Below, in pieces: positions 27,101 through 39,654 of a stretch of DNA of 64,000 bases. The DNA lies in assembly GCF_018977255.1 (NCBI RefSeq), contig NW_024704751.1, forward strand, positions 9,114,001 through 9,178,000, in the 5' to 3' direction. This stretch comes from Callorhinchus milii (Eukaryota). The notes below the pieces were generated by a model that saw only the letters and a program-made list of their open reading frames with translations, did no database searches and was not told the DNA's origin. How positions within the stretch are numbered: position 1 is the first letter of the stretch; every line of letters starts with the position of its first letter. A program made the position numbers and the translations under genes.

Positions 27101-30100
27101 TTTCTCTCTCCTGGTGTCCTGGACAACAATTCACCAAATAAAATTGGTCTCTCGCTCCATGGCTATTTGCGGGACATTGCTCGGCGCAAACCTGGCTGAC
27201 GTCCTCCCCCGCGTGAAAGGCGCTACACACACGTAATCTTGTATTGTGTGGTGTCTCTGGCTGCAGTGTGCTGGTGGCTGTCGGGAAGCCAGGCTGAGTG
27301 GGTTGATGTGCCGATCGCTGGCTGCGTTACTGGAGGAGGCGCGGGGCAGGAGTGCGCAGTTCACCTTCTCGGCCTCCTACCTGGAGATTTACAACGAGCA
27401 GGTACAACAACAACCTGCATTTATACAGCGCTCCAGCTACGTGGGGTGGGGGGAAGGGGGGAGACACTGCGGGCAGGCGGGGAGCACTCTTCTCCAGCAG
27501 GGTGAAGTGCAGTCCACAGACACTTCCCCCCCACTCCCGGCTGCGCTGGAGTTGGATGTGAATTTTACATTGAAGTGTCTCAAAGTGCTTCACGGTGATT
27601 TGCTGTTACTGGGATTTTTTTAGGTTACCATTGGATTGCATTGGATTCCTCTGACCACGATACACCCGGTCTCTTTTCCAGCAGTGTTTGCGGGACACTG
27701 CTGTGGGCAATTGGCTGCCGCGTTTTGCCCACAAAATATACACTTCAATTCGCTTTGTTGTATATTCTGCGCTGTGGTTCGAGGTGCCTCGACGATGTGA
27801 GAAGGTGCTATATCAAATACAAGGACTACTATTATTAATGTCATTGATGGGAGTGGCGTTTCTCCCTTATAGGTCAGGGACCTCCTAAATCCTCGGCTCT
27901 CAGACTCGCTGCCTGTGCGCTGGAGTAAACACCGAGGCTTCTACGTGGAGAATCTCTTCAGTGCAAAGTTTCAGAGTCTGCAGAAGATTGTGGGTCTTCT
28001 CGAGGAAGGTACCGTGGTCCATCCACATCAGAGCAGATCAGAGCAGCACGTACAGAGACTGGCCTGAGGCTGGGCTGTGAGGAATGACTAGCTAAGCCGT
28101 GCCGAGATGTAAAGAGGGCAGCTTATCAACAAATATCAGTCAACCCAGAACAATGGTCTCAGAGATAAGGCGGGGGCAGCAGGACAGGAGGGCACAGGTT
28201 TTACACGAACCACCCCTACCCCACTGCCAGCACCCCACCCCCATCACAAACTCTCTACATTATCCACAAACAATTCAAAGCCAAGAGTAGTGCGGAGCCC
28301 ATATAGCGGTGTGTGACAACCTCCCACCACCCCACACACAACACAGACCCCAACCACACACACACACACACACACAACAACCTCCCCCACCCACTCACAC
28401 ACACGTACATATCCACAGGCCTCTATAGACACAAATATACGCACACATATACAGAGATACATATATTTCTACCCACAACCTGTTACATACATACACACAG
28501 CCCTGACCTAATACACACAAGTAACGTCCCAATGCTCGCAGCTGCCTTGTAATTAAAACTGAGGTCCTTGTGATGGAGCTGCACTGCATTACCTCGGCCG
28601 GTAGATGACGATATGACTCTTTACTGCAGACCCCGATTGCTTTGTTACTGGCACCTGGCCCCAGTACACGTCATTGCACAGCAACCACACCAGAGAGCAC
28701 ACAACGGCAACAGCATCGTAAAGTGGTCGGGGCTCTCAATGGAAAGCTGTGCAGTTTTTTTTTAGTTGGTTAAACTTCCAGCGGTTACCCCAACGCACAC
28801 TCTGGGGTCCCCCAAGCCTTGGCTCTAGCCAACCTGTGCCGAATACTTCCCAGAAATAGGTAAGAGGGGTGCGTCCTGCCAGGGAGAGCGCACATCCCAT
28901 TCAGTCCAGACATGGGGTAGGTAACGTACTCTTTATTTTGGATAGTCTTTAAGGGAACTGTAATTGTGTTTCTGTGTGTGTCAGACACCCGCCTGATACC
29001 CAAACATTAGTGAAGGGTTAATGCCGATCAGTCACCTTGTTGCAGGCTGTCGCTTCCCAGGTCCCGGCTGCAGGTTAGAGCTGTCCCACGTGATCTTGTC
29101 CCACGTTAATTTGTCTCCAGTTGCTGAGCCCTGTCTCCCCTCAGGCACCAGGAACAGGCAGACTTCCGCACACCACCTGAATGGGAACTCCAGTCGGTCT
29201 CACACACTGCTCACCATCGAGATCGAGAGCGAGGCGGTGAGTGAGAGCCTGCGTACAACCGTGAGCACACGTGACATTATAAACATGTATGTAATCGTGA
29301 GCCCGTGTGTAATTGTTAACCCACATGTAATGATACGTGGATGTCCTCGGTTCACCACCCAAGTACAGAGTCCTGTAGCATAGTGGTTAGCGCGCTTGCC
29401 TCACTAGCAAGAGGTCCCAGGTTTCCTTACTCCGCACTGCTCTGTTTTCCTAGCAGGAAGAAGGAACCCGGTTGTTAGTCGATTTGGGTGATCGCTGTCC
29501 AGGGGTAATAATCCCTACAAAAAAGGATTGGTCCCTCAATCCACGAACTGTTTGTGGGACGCTGCTGTGCGCAATTGGCTGCCGCGTTTCGCCCACAAAA
29601 TACACAGTCAATTCACTTTACAGTATCTTCTGTGAAGCGCTTTGAGACGTCTCAACAACGCGATAAGGCGCTATAACAGATGCAAGGATGATTATTATTA
29701 TATTATTAAGTGGCATTTCTTCACCTGTGATCATTGACGCAGGATAGCAGTCGGTCACTGAGCTGCCGGGTTTGCCCAGTGTAACATTGCTGTGTTTGGT
29801 GCAGGCAGATCACATCCACAGCCCTGGGTTCGTCTCCAAACACGGGAAGCTGTGCTTTGTCGACCTTGCGGGGAGTGAAAGGGTTAAAGAGACAAGATCA
29901 ACCGAGGAAATGATTATAGAGGCCAATAATATCAATCGCAGCCTGCTGGCACTGGGTAAGGGATGTTCCGGGGCGGAGGGTGGGAGAGGTTGGGGGGATG
30001 TAGATTGCGGGAGGGTTGGTGGGGGGTCTGTGTGTAACTGTGTATCTGGGCTGCGACGTGTCAGACTGAGCAGAAAGGTGTGCGCGGATGAGAAGTTAAA

Positions 30101-33100
30101 CTCACTCTGTTCCTCAGGGAACTGTATCTCGGCGCTTGTGGATTGCAGGAAGCGAGAGGGTCACATCCCGTACAGGGACAGCAAACTGACCAAACTGCTG
30201 GCGGAGTCGCTGGGAGGATCCGGAGTCACCCTCATGGTAACTGTCGTCCTCGCCGTGTGTCCGAGGCTCGGCTGGTGCTCGGCCCCGAGCCATGTTTCAG
30301 GCGCGTGTTGTTCCGTGTACAGGTTGCACCGTCCCATGTACCAGCCATGTTGCGTGCTGTGCCGATGACGTCTCTCTGTTTGGCCGCAGATCGCCTGTGT
30401 CTCACCCTCGCCGCTCAGCCTGGCCGAGACCATGAGCACCTTACGCTTCGCGAGCAGAGCCCGAAGGGTAAAGAACCGACCAGCTGTCAGACTGGTAAAT
30501 CCTAGCTTCTGCGCCGATCCTCTTCCCTGCTTGCCCCCCATCCCCCCACGTGCCCCTGCTCCCCCCACCCCATCACATCCTCCCAAATTGTTATTGTGGT
30601 TGTTTCTGTGAAATATCTGGATGTTGGTCCTGTGAGGAGCTATTGTCAGTGGGATGTGCTGCTGCTCCGTTCTCTCACTGTGACACAGTGGCCCAAACGC
30701 CATCTCTCTCGCTCTCTCTCAGGACCCAAAAGACAAGCTAATTGTGGGCTTGCAGCGAGGGATTAGGGTGTTACAGACCGAGAACATGTCACTACGACAA
30801 CAGCTTCAGCTCCCGCTTGCCCACAGCAACGAGAAAATCCTCAATGGTGAGTGAGATCCTGACTCTGACCTGGGAGTGTGGACGGACGCACAGTGTAGAG
30901 GAGCTTTACTGTGTCTCTAACCCTGACCTGGGAGTGTGGACGGACGCACAGTGTAGAGGAGCTTTACTGTGTCTCTAACCCTGACCTGGGAGTGTGGACG
31001 CACAGTGTAGAGGAGCTTTACTGTGTCTCTAACCCTGACCTGGGAGTGTGGACGGACGCACAATGTAGAGGAGCTTTACTGTGTCTCTAACCCTGACCTG
31101 GGAGTATGGACGCAGTGTAGAGGAGCTTTAATGTGTCTCTAACCCTGACCTGGGAGTGTGGACGGACGCACAGTGTAAAGGAGCTTTACTGTGTCTCTAA
31201 CCCTGACCTGGGAGTGTGGACGCACAGTGTAGAGGGAGCTGGACAGTTTGGTTCTCACACTGAGGTCTCTCTCGGGATATGAACCTGTTGTAACGATGGC
31301 TGNNNNNNNNNNNNNNNNNNNNNNNNNNNNNNNNNNNNNNNNNNNNNNNNNNNNNNNNNNNNNNNNNNNNNNNNNNNNNNNNNNNNNNNNNNNNNNNNNN
31401 NNNNNNNNNNNNNNNNNNNNNNNNNNNNNNNNNNNNNNNNNNNNNNNNNNNNNNNNNNNNNNNNNNNNNNNNNNNNNGTGTGTGCGTTGGCAGATCCCGG
31501 GGACCGGTGCTGTGATGATTGTGGATGCGGCTGTACGTTGCTGGCGTCAGCGTCACAGCACAGTCTGTACGAGATGCTACAGGAGTTTGTGATCGAGAAC
31601 GAGCAGCTGAGGTAGGTGGGTCTGGGGTTGTCAGCGTGGGTGGGGGGGCGGGCGGGGGAGAGACAGTTGGGGTGGTGGGAGGTGTGGGGGAAAGACGGGA
31701 GACCCAGTGAGGGAGAGGCAGTAAATAAGCGCCGTGCCCGCCACTGTCAAGCGCTCTGGGACACTACCCTGTGTGAGGGGCGTTGTGTAAATGCAAGTTG
31801 TTGTTGCGTTCAACCGGAAGAATCCAGTCACCACACTGCACAGTGGGCTGTGAGAGAGAACGAGAGAGAGAGAGAGAGAGAGGCTGTTGATCGTGAGGAC
31901 GGTTGTGGTTTCAGGCAGGAGAAACAGCAGCTGCTGAGCAGTCAGGAGAGCAGTCGCTGTGAGCACAGACTCCTTCTTCAGCAGAACCGCAGACTGTCCC
32001 GTAAGCTGTGCCGCCTGGAGAGGTAGGGGCCGTCACACCCCACCCTGGGCTCCGCTCTGCAACCCCCACCCGCGATCATCCCTCGTGGAGTTCTGTAGCT
32101 CAGTAGTTGGAGCACTCGCTTTGCAAGCGAGAGAGCCTGGGTTTGATTCCCGGGTGGGGCGAAACATCAGGCAAGTTTCCTTACTCCACACACACGCACA
32201 CACACACGCCCCTCTTCACCAAGCAGTACGTAGGAACCCAGTTTTTAGGCGATTGACGGATTGCTTTCCGGGGGGTAATAATCCCTTCATATTTTTTTGA
32301 AGCCTCTCTCTGTTCCTGGTCCCACAACAGAGCCATCCTCTCCTCCCCTCACGGCCTCTCTCGCTGCCAGTCGGGTTGTTCCTGTCACAGTGTGGAGAGC
32401 TGTGAGAGCCAGACTCAGCCTCCGGGGGAACGCAGCTGTTCCAGATACAGACAGGTGAGACATACACACACGCACACACTTCATCTCTCTCTCTCCACCC
32501 TTCCTCTCCCCCCCCCCTCCCCCATGTAGGGCTGAGCCAGTAACCATCACCGGTTGATTTATCTCCTCCTCCAGGTCAGCGAGGTCCTGAATGACCATGG
32601 ACCCCTCCTCCTGCCCCCCTCAACGCCCCCCATCGTGCCGTCTGCTCCCCCACTGCCCACACCCCCCCGCCTCAGGTCAGAGGTCACCCTGCCACTGAGG
32701 AGGAGCAGCAACGAAACGTCGTCAGGTGAGTTCAGTTTCATAACTTGACCGTTGAGCTCCACCAGCAAAAGCCCATGAGGTGAAACGCCTTCAAGCGGGT
32801 TACTGAGCCCCTGTGGGTTACAGCTCAGCCTTCACTGCACAGCACAGAGAGAGCTTTCCTGTGTCTCTAACCCTGACCTGGGTGTGTGGACAGACGGTGC
32901 AGAGGGAGTTCTACTCTGTTGCCACCCGAGGACCACAGGCTGACACGGTGCCATTAATGGGCATAAAATCGCGTTAGTTTTAGGCGCTCAGAGGCACTGT
33001 CCCGTGTGAAGCTCACTGTATAAATGCAAGTCGTCCTTGTTGTTAAAGTGGAAACAGTTTGACATTCAGCCGTGAGCAATGCTGGTGACTGTGTACTGGG

Positions 33101-33349
33101 CGCTCGCTCGCTCGCTCGCTCGGTGCTGGTTGGTGTGAACATTGCCTCCTTAAGACTTTGCTGTCCTTTCCCGAAGGCAAACCCTCTGCAGCTGAACCCC
33201 GCGGCAACACAGAGATTAAACCCGACTGCTGGGAACCACGGCTCGGTCCTGTCGCTCGTCTCCATGGTAACCCGGGGAGGCAAACGCCAGAAAGAGAATG
33301 TTCAGATATCAACACCGCGTCCAGCCTGTGTCCAGCCTCAGGGAAATAA
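24178..33349 (+). CDS. KIF12: Kinesin-like protein KIF12 (kinesin-16 type), 17 coding exons, about 634 aa
   Basis: Exons 24178-24197, 24322-24393, 25427-25505, 25756-25877, 26545-26620, 27267-27401, 27873-28008, 29145-29236, 29805-29955, 30118-30236, 30390-30494, 30723-30846, 31494-31611, 31915-32022, 32331-32454, 32575-32725, 33177-33349; the first and last are less certain. P-loop [36 protein letters not shown], switch [31 protein letters not shown], and KIF12-like stalk/tail motifs [16 protein letters not shown] and [14 protein letters not shown] at 33348 and 33358. Confidence 0.9.
24412..25020. repeat. Compound (GACA)/(GT)/(GA) microsatellite in KIF12 intron 2
   Basis: Visible low-complexity tandem array. 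Confidence 0.95.
29368..29707 (+). mobile_element. tRNA-derived SINE (long subfamily) in KIF12 intron
   Basis: GAGTCCTGTAGCATAGTGGTTAG head, shared body and (ATT)n tail. Confidence 0.88.
30858..31235. repeat. Minisatellite, about 54-58-bp unit CTCTAACCCTGACCTGGGAGTGTGGACGGACGCACAGTGTAGAGGAGCTTTACTGTGT
   Basis: About 6-7 tandem copies; a dispersed monomer lies at about 32850-32915. Confidence 0.92.
31303..31477. other. Assembly gap (175 N)
   Basis: Run of N within KIF12 intron 12. Confidence 1.
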
Positions 33350-33707
33350 TAAAATGCAATAAAACTAAACACTCACTGTGTCTGACCAACGCACAGGGAG
33401 CAGCTACTGACCCTCAGTAGGGACCTGGGGGAGGAAGAGGTGCTGTGTGGGCAGGACAGTTAGAGATTCACTCTGTCTGTGACCATCACAGTCCCGGCCA
33501 CAGCTCTCGGTCATTGTTAACTTTTCCAGTGAAGTGAGAGACTCGAGTCAACGTGAAGTTCATAATAAGATCATTTCTTTTACTGGTGAGCATCAGCGTA
33601 AAAATAATAAATACCTCTCACCCTCGATCAGAGTAGGTACAGCACTGTTCAGGGCAGCAGCCTGGACCGGGAGCAACAAGTAGTAGACAGTCACAGTTTC
33701 ACTACGC

Positions 33708-36700
33708 TCAGTGGGGGAGTCGGTTTCTCTGTGTTCCTCGCTCCCGTGGGCTGGACTCGCAGTCAGTCAGTGGGTATAGAGGGCGGCGTTGAGGAGGCAG
33801 CACCGACTCCAGGCAGCTCCTCATCTCCCTCAGCTCCTCAACCATCCGGTCAGCACGGCCACGGTGCACCGTCAGCACCTCCACCGCCTCCTCTATCACA
33901 CTGAGCGCTTCAGTCACCGCTCGCCTGCAACAGGGAGGAGAGTCAGAGCGGCCGGGAGGAGAGCCAGGGCCTCCGAGAGACCCGTGCTGGCAGAAACTAC
34001 AAACAGTATCTCCTCTCATCTTACCTTCTCTCGCGCCCTCACCTCTCACACACACACACACACACATACTCCCCTCTTTGCCCCCACCTTTGGAACTCCA
34101 ACCCACAGTCCCTCTCCCTCACCCCCATCTCTTGCCTCCTTCAAGGCCCGTCTCAAGACCTTCCACTTCGATCGCGCCTTCGACCACCCTCCCACCCCCA
34201 CCCTCCCTGCCCTTCACCCCACCTGACCCCAACCCCCAGCTTGGGTGCAAAATCCTCGACTGTCCAGCGCCTTGGGACGTCCTCCCGACGTGAAAGGCGC
34301 TATGTGACTGTCCTTTGTTGTTGCTGAGGTGGTGGTTACCCATTGAAGAGAATCTGCGACAGCTTGTACAGCTCCTGCCCACACTCCACGCTGGAGGATC
34401 CGTATCGGGCCCGGACGGCAGCCAGGCTCCTCTTCAGGTGATCAGCAGCAGCCGCCCAGTTACCTGGGGACAGGGAGGCTAGAGTCAACGCTGAACACGC
34501 TTCGCCTGTGGTCATTCCTTTCCTCCTGTGATTCCTTCGGGATTGGGAACCTTTGGGATTGGGAACCAGGTCAGCTTGAGGTTTGGATGAAGGTTGAGCT
34601 GCTGTTACCTGTGGTGGCGTGAGCGCGCGCCAGCTGGTCGTGGACCTGCGCCCTCAGCGGGTCCTGGGCTGAGAGCAGCTCCTCAGCTCTCCTCACGCAC
34701 TCCAACAGACCCCGGGCAGCTTCCTCTGAAACACATGCAGATCAGCTTTGGTGAATTGCTGTTTGCCCGCATTTCTTCCCCCCCCCACCACCCCCATGTT
34801 GTGGGGAGCCCAGCGAGCGGGGGCACAGGAAGCTGATGGCCGTACCTGTCCGGTCCTCGTCAATCAACCCGCTGGCTGCACTCAGCTGCTCGGCCAGCTC
34901 AGCCCTCCGACTGAGGAGGAGACTCTCGGGGAGGACTTGACCACACTCTGTGTTCGAGCACCTGCTGAGCTCAGGCTCCCAGCTCTACACCGAGACAGAA
35001 CACAGTTGATACACTACAGTGGATAACACTACAGTTTCGCCCACAAAACATAACAGTCAATTCACTGTGCAAGATATATCCAATGCAAGGATTATTATGA
35101 TTATTACGGCTTCCACCAACACAGACAGTGAGTAAGAGGACGGAGCACAGAGGGCAAACAGAGGGTCAGAAAGGAGCCTGTCTGGGCAGATGGTCACAAT
35201 TTGCCTCACAGTCTCTGGGTGTCTCTGATGGTGTCACTCTGTGGGACGTTGATGGTGCTATTGAACTGCTCTCCTCACCTGCAGGGCAGAGCCACAACGA
35301 GGGCAGAGAAACTGCCCCAGCTCCGCAGCCCCTCCTCCTCCTCCTCGGGCTGCCTCCTGCTCCCCGCTGCAGGCGCTGCACTCGCACTCGAAGAAATACT
35401 GTGCCCTCAACGCACGCTGACGCTCGCTCACTGCCAGCCGACACCAGTGTGGCCCTGCCCAGAGAGAGAGAGAGAGAGAAAGCAAAGCAGCAGCTTAGTG
35501 ATGGCAGATACCCAGCCAGGTCCTGGGAGGGTAAGGCTACCACCACGCCAGACAGATCCTGTCAGGGTAAAGCTACCAACGAGCCAGGTCCTATCAGAAT
35601 GCAATTCGTTCCCCCCCCCCCCGCTAGATTCTGACAGAGAAAACAGTGAGGTTTAAAAGTAAGGTGGTCACCATAGCAGTGGAGTATTTCCTGTCCGGCC
35701 TGGATTGGCTGCGACGCCCTGATGGTAACTGTCCGGCGGCAGAAGCTGAGGCTGGTGTTGGGCCGACAGGAGTGGTTGAGCAGGCTGAGCGTGCAGTACA
35801 CGGCCGTGGCTATCCTCACCTGCTCACTGCCCTCCACCTGGGACCTGCCGCTGCCTGCAACAAGCAACAATGATAATAATCCTTGCACTTGATGTAGAGC
35901 TTTATCATGTCGCCGAGACGTTTCAAAACGCATCACAGAACAAACTGTGAAAAGGAATTGACTGTATATACTTGTGGGCGAACTACGGCAGACAATTGCA
36001 CACAGCAGCGTCCGCAAACAGTCGTGTGTGGATTGAGTGACCAAATGATTACTTGCTGACTTGCCTGTGTCTCTGAGCTGTGTGATGGCCTGGGCGTTAC
36101 ACCCCAACTGCAGCATGTGTGTGAGCAGGGCCGTGCCCAGCGCTCCCATCGCCTGCCCTCCGCCATCGCCCGCCTCCAGCCCCTTGCCCACCACGAGGGG
36201 CTCCAGCCCCTTCGCTCTGATGCGGGAGCACAGGGCGGCCGCTGTCAGGCCGCATAGGAAACGGTGCTGGGCGGACTGCTGGTGTGTGTGAGCCAGGAGG
36301 CTGTGGACAGCCCGGTAAGGAGGGTGGGCTTCCCAGCGCCCCTCAGCCTCTGCTCCGTCACCTGGCTCGGTGGCCCGCGGGGCCTCTGAGGAGCGTGGCC
36401 CACTCTGGGCGGCTTGTGTCCTCTGCACCTCCTCCAGCCCTGCGGCTAACACCATGCGGAGAGACAGATGAGCAAAGGCTCCCAGTGCCAGAAGCTCACT
36501 GCCCAATGGACACTCCACCTGGTGATGGTCGGCCCAGGCCTTCTGCCTGCAGAGAGCGCTGCAGTACGTGGCATAGCTACAGCTGGGGCAGGGGAGCAGT
36601 GCCCAGGCCTGGCTCAGGCAGTGATGGCAATGGGAGTCCTGGGGGCTGGGCTGGGCTCTGGCCAGAAGCACAGCAGCGTAAGCCTCTTCCCTCAGCACGG

Positions 36701-38642
36701 TCTCTCCTGCCGCAAAGTCCTTTGTGGCCACCAGGTGGCGCCCTCGGACCCCGTCGAAACGCAAGCGGACAGAGCGGGAAGCCCCCGGGAGCGTCTCGTT
36801 CTCCAGCAGTGGCCGCTCCTCATCCGCCTGCAGCCGGGCGCTAGGGCCTGGGCTGGGGGTGTCTCCGGGCGGGGCCCAGGGCTGTAACTGTCCCAGGCGC
36901 CTCCTCAGCCAGGTCGCGGTCTGCCCGCCCAGCTCGCTCAGCTTGCTCTCAGCCTGGGCCACAGCGGACAGGAATTGTTGGGCGCTGCCCAGGTGCAGCT
37001 GGCACTCTGCCCTCCGCACCAGCAGCTTGGGCTCCAGCGCTGGGGGGTACCCGTGTGCCAGCGCACTCTCCACGTCCCCCATGCTGTCCTGCAGAGAGCA
37101 AACGGGGCAGGTTAGAACACAGGCATAGACAGCACAGGCTGCTCACAGCACAGAAGGGACCTCAGTTCAGCATCTCATCCAAAAGACGAGACAATGCAGC
37201 GTCAGCCTGGGCCTGCGAGCTCAAAGTTTGCAATGTGGGGTTTGGACCCACAACTTTCTAACCCGAGGTGAGTGTGGTCCTGAGTCAGGCTGACACCAGG
37301 ACCCTGTTGTATCTCTAACTGCCAACTACAGGTGGTAACACTCAGACTCACCCTATAACGCTGTAAGTGGCACAGAGCTGCCGAGCGATTGGCATACAGG
37401 ATGGCGATCTCGCTGGAGTCTTGGCTCGCGTGGCTGATGCCCTAGAATCACAGAAAACACGCTCAAATGAATCCACCCTCACGCACAAACCCCACACAGG
37501 CTTACTGCTCTTCTGGTTCAGTCACCACTGATCCATTCAACACCCACCCCCACCCACCCCACCCCATCCCCAGCAGTCACAGAGCCTGTCACGTGGACAT
37601 GTGTTAGTGCAGCACCTCACTGTGCCCTTGTGTGATATTCCCTGTGGTATGTGAGAGGCCAGAGTTTATACCCACTCCTCTTCGGGTAGCTCTCAGCTGT
37701 CCTGTGGTGTCTGGCCGTGTTACCTTGGTGTATGAACCGGCAGCCCGGGCGTAATCACCAGCTTTGAACTGCTCGTTCCCTCGCTCCTTATAACCCTGTG
37801 CCGCCGCGGGGTCCTTCCCAGTCTGTATCTGAGCGACCAGGGCAGTCAGGACAGCCTCGTCCTCTGAGCTGGTCAAGAGGGAAACCCCACCATTAGAGTG
37901 CTGACCGCCGTCCTTCAATAATCATTCCAACTGACAAGAGGCGCCTGGTCGCGTCGGCGAGACGCCTCACGCTGCCTCCCCGGATTTACTCCTCGCTGTT
38001 GGGTGGGGGTGGGGGTGGGGGGTGGAGGGTGGGGGTGGAGGGACGCTCAGGGGAGCAACAACAAGTGACGTTGACGCAGCGCCTTTCCTGCCGGGAGGAC
38101 GTCCCGAGGCGCTGGACAGTCGGGGGTTTGGACCCGAGCTGGGAGTTGGGATCAGGAGGGGGTGGGATGGGGGGGCGGGGGGTGGGGGGTGGGGGCTGGG
38201 GGGTGGGGGGGGCGATGGTACGGTCGAGACGGGACTTGAAGGAGGCGAGTGGTGGGGGACGGGGGGGGTGGTCGAGGGTCCCGGGGTGGAGTTCCGGGGG
38301 GTGGGGGTGGGGGCGGCTGCAGGTGGTGGGGCGGGTGGTCGGTGGGGAGGGGGTGTCACTGGTGTACAGGAGGGCGGGGCTGTGGGGGGGGGGCGGGGCC
38401 TGAAGGCCAACACTGTGACCTCTGACCCCAGGTCTCTCACTGCTCCCCCCTTCGGGAGGGCGGGAAACAACGCCGACAACTCACTCCAGCAGCGCCAGGC
38501 ACGTGGCGTAGCTGAGGCCCGGCTCAGTCAGGGAGCGGAAGCGCCGCCTGTCCGCCTCCCCGAGCCGCCGCCACTTGCCGCCGCTCCTGTCCTGCCAACC
38601 CGTCACCGGCACCGGCACCGGCGGCGGCGGCACCACCTCCAT
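33708..38642 (-). CDS. SMYD4: SET and MYND domain-containing protein 4 (TPR, split SET, MYND finger), 10 coding exons, about 790 aa
   Basis: Exons (-): 38642-38485, 37868-37724, 37441-37352, 37088-36065 (GC donor), 35854-35672, 35454-35279, 34984-34846, 34725-34609, 34463-34340, 33924-33708. TPR YKERGNEQFKAGDY / LYANRSAAL, GRHLVATKD, MYND CHHCL..PCPSCSYATYCS..C..HQVECP, SET LLNHSCRPN / GQEILHCYG and post-SET QYFFECECSAC. Confidence 0.95.
34060..34325 (+). mobile_element. L2-type LINE 3' fragment
   Basis: CCTCCTTCAAGGCCCGTCTCAAGACC...CTTCGA (ASFKARLKTFHF, typical of the L2 ORF2 C-terminus) followed by a stem-loop and a (TTG)n tail. Homologues at about 38060-38290, 41290-41610, 48690-49140, 57820-58140 and 63145-63620. 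Confidence 0.75.
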
Positions 38643-38900
38643 CCCCGGCGGCGGCGGCGGCAATGGCGACCGGAAGCCCCCGACCGGAAGCACCCGCCCC
38701 TGAAGGTCAGCGGCGTGACCGACAAGAGTCGTCGACCAATCGCGTGCGTTGTGGGCGGGAACGGCTGTCAATCAGGCCGCTGGCCCTTCAGGGGCGTCGC
38801 CCCCCCGGGTGGGCGGGACCAATCCCCAGGGGGGCGGGGTCAATCCCCGCGTCACTCGGCCACCGACGCTGCACTGATTCAGAGGAAATTAAAGGGACAT
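38643..38900 (-). promoter_or_regulatory. SMYD4 CpG-island promoter
   Basis: Tandem ETS sites ACCGGAAG (38669-38676, 38683-38690), CCAAT boxes (38736, 38819) and GGGCGG boxes upstream of the ATG. Confidence 0.8.
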
Positions 38901-38920
38901 TCGCGGAAGATCACAAAATG

Positions 38921-39260
38921 ATAATAATAATAATAACAACAATAATAATCCTCGCATTTGATATAGTGCTTTTCACGTCGGGAGGACGTCCCGAAGCGCT
39001 TCACAGAACACACTGTAAAGTGAATTGACTGTATATATTTGTGGGCGAACGCGGCGGCCGATTGCGCACAGCAATAATGTCCCACAACGTGTCGTAGATT
39101 GACAATGACCAATTTTATTATTGCTTTTGGTTTTGGAGGGACTATTATTAGGCTCTGTGTGGAGTAAGGAAACTTGCCCGAGGTTTCGCCCTCTGCCTGG
39201 AATTGAACTCAGGTCTCTCGCTCGCAAAGCGAGTGCTCTAACCACTGAGCTACAGGACTC
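38921..39260 (-). mobile_element. Full-length tRNA-derived SINE (short subfamily)
   Basis: Reverse complement of 22282-22606 with intact A and B boxes. Confidence 0.92.
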
Positions 39261-39496
39261 AGCACTCATGATGATGATGATGATGATGATCACGGCCTTT
39301 GATAATAGCGCCTCATCACGACTTCGAGACGTCTCAGAGCGCTTCGCGTAAAGTGGATTGCCGGTACACTTTGTAAAAAAAAATGTGCAACTAACTTGCG
39401 CGCAGCAGCTTCCCATAAAAACAGTCACTTAAGATTGAGACTTAACGCGTTTCGAGCCACGCGCACAGACCAGCAAGGTTGCAGGGCAGATGGGTG

Positions 39497-39571
39497 CAGG
39501 GAGAAGGGGGTAGGGAGAAGGGGGTAGGGAGAAGGGGGTAGGGAGAAGGGGGCAGGGAGAAGGGGGTAGGG
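39497..39571. repeat. 14-bp tandem repeat AGGGAGAAGGGGGT (about 5 copies)
   Basis: Direct repeats with regular G-tracts. Confidence 0.9.
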
Positions 39572-39648
39572 CAAGCCTCGCAGTAAGAAACGTCAGTCTC
39601 CGCACCAAATGTACATCTTTCGTGCAAATGTTGCACCTTCAAATTTTT

Positions 39649-39654
39649 TTTATT
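39649..39654 (-). terminator. Probable ABR polyadenylation signal (AATAAA on - strand)
   Basis: TTTATT on the + strand about 0.9 kb downstream of the ABR stop codon. Confidence 0.55.

Noticed and set aside
30858-31235. Regularly spaced repeats resembling a CRISPR array
   Set aside because: Contiguous tandem units with no unique spacers, inside a vertebrate intron, with no cas genes.
31303-31477. Possible KIF12 exon hidden in the gap
   Set aside because: The flanking exons join in phase and give a plausible protein length, so no missing exon is required, although one cannot be excluded.
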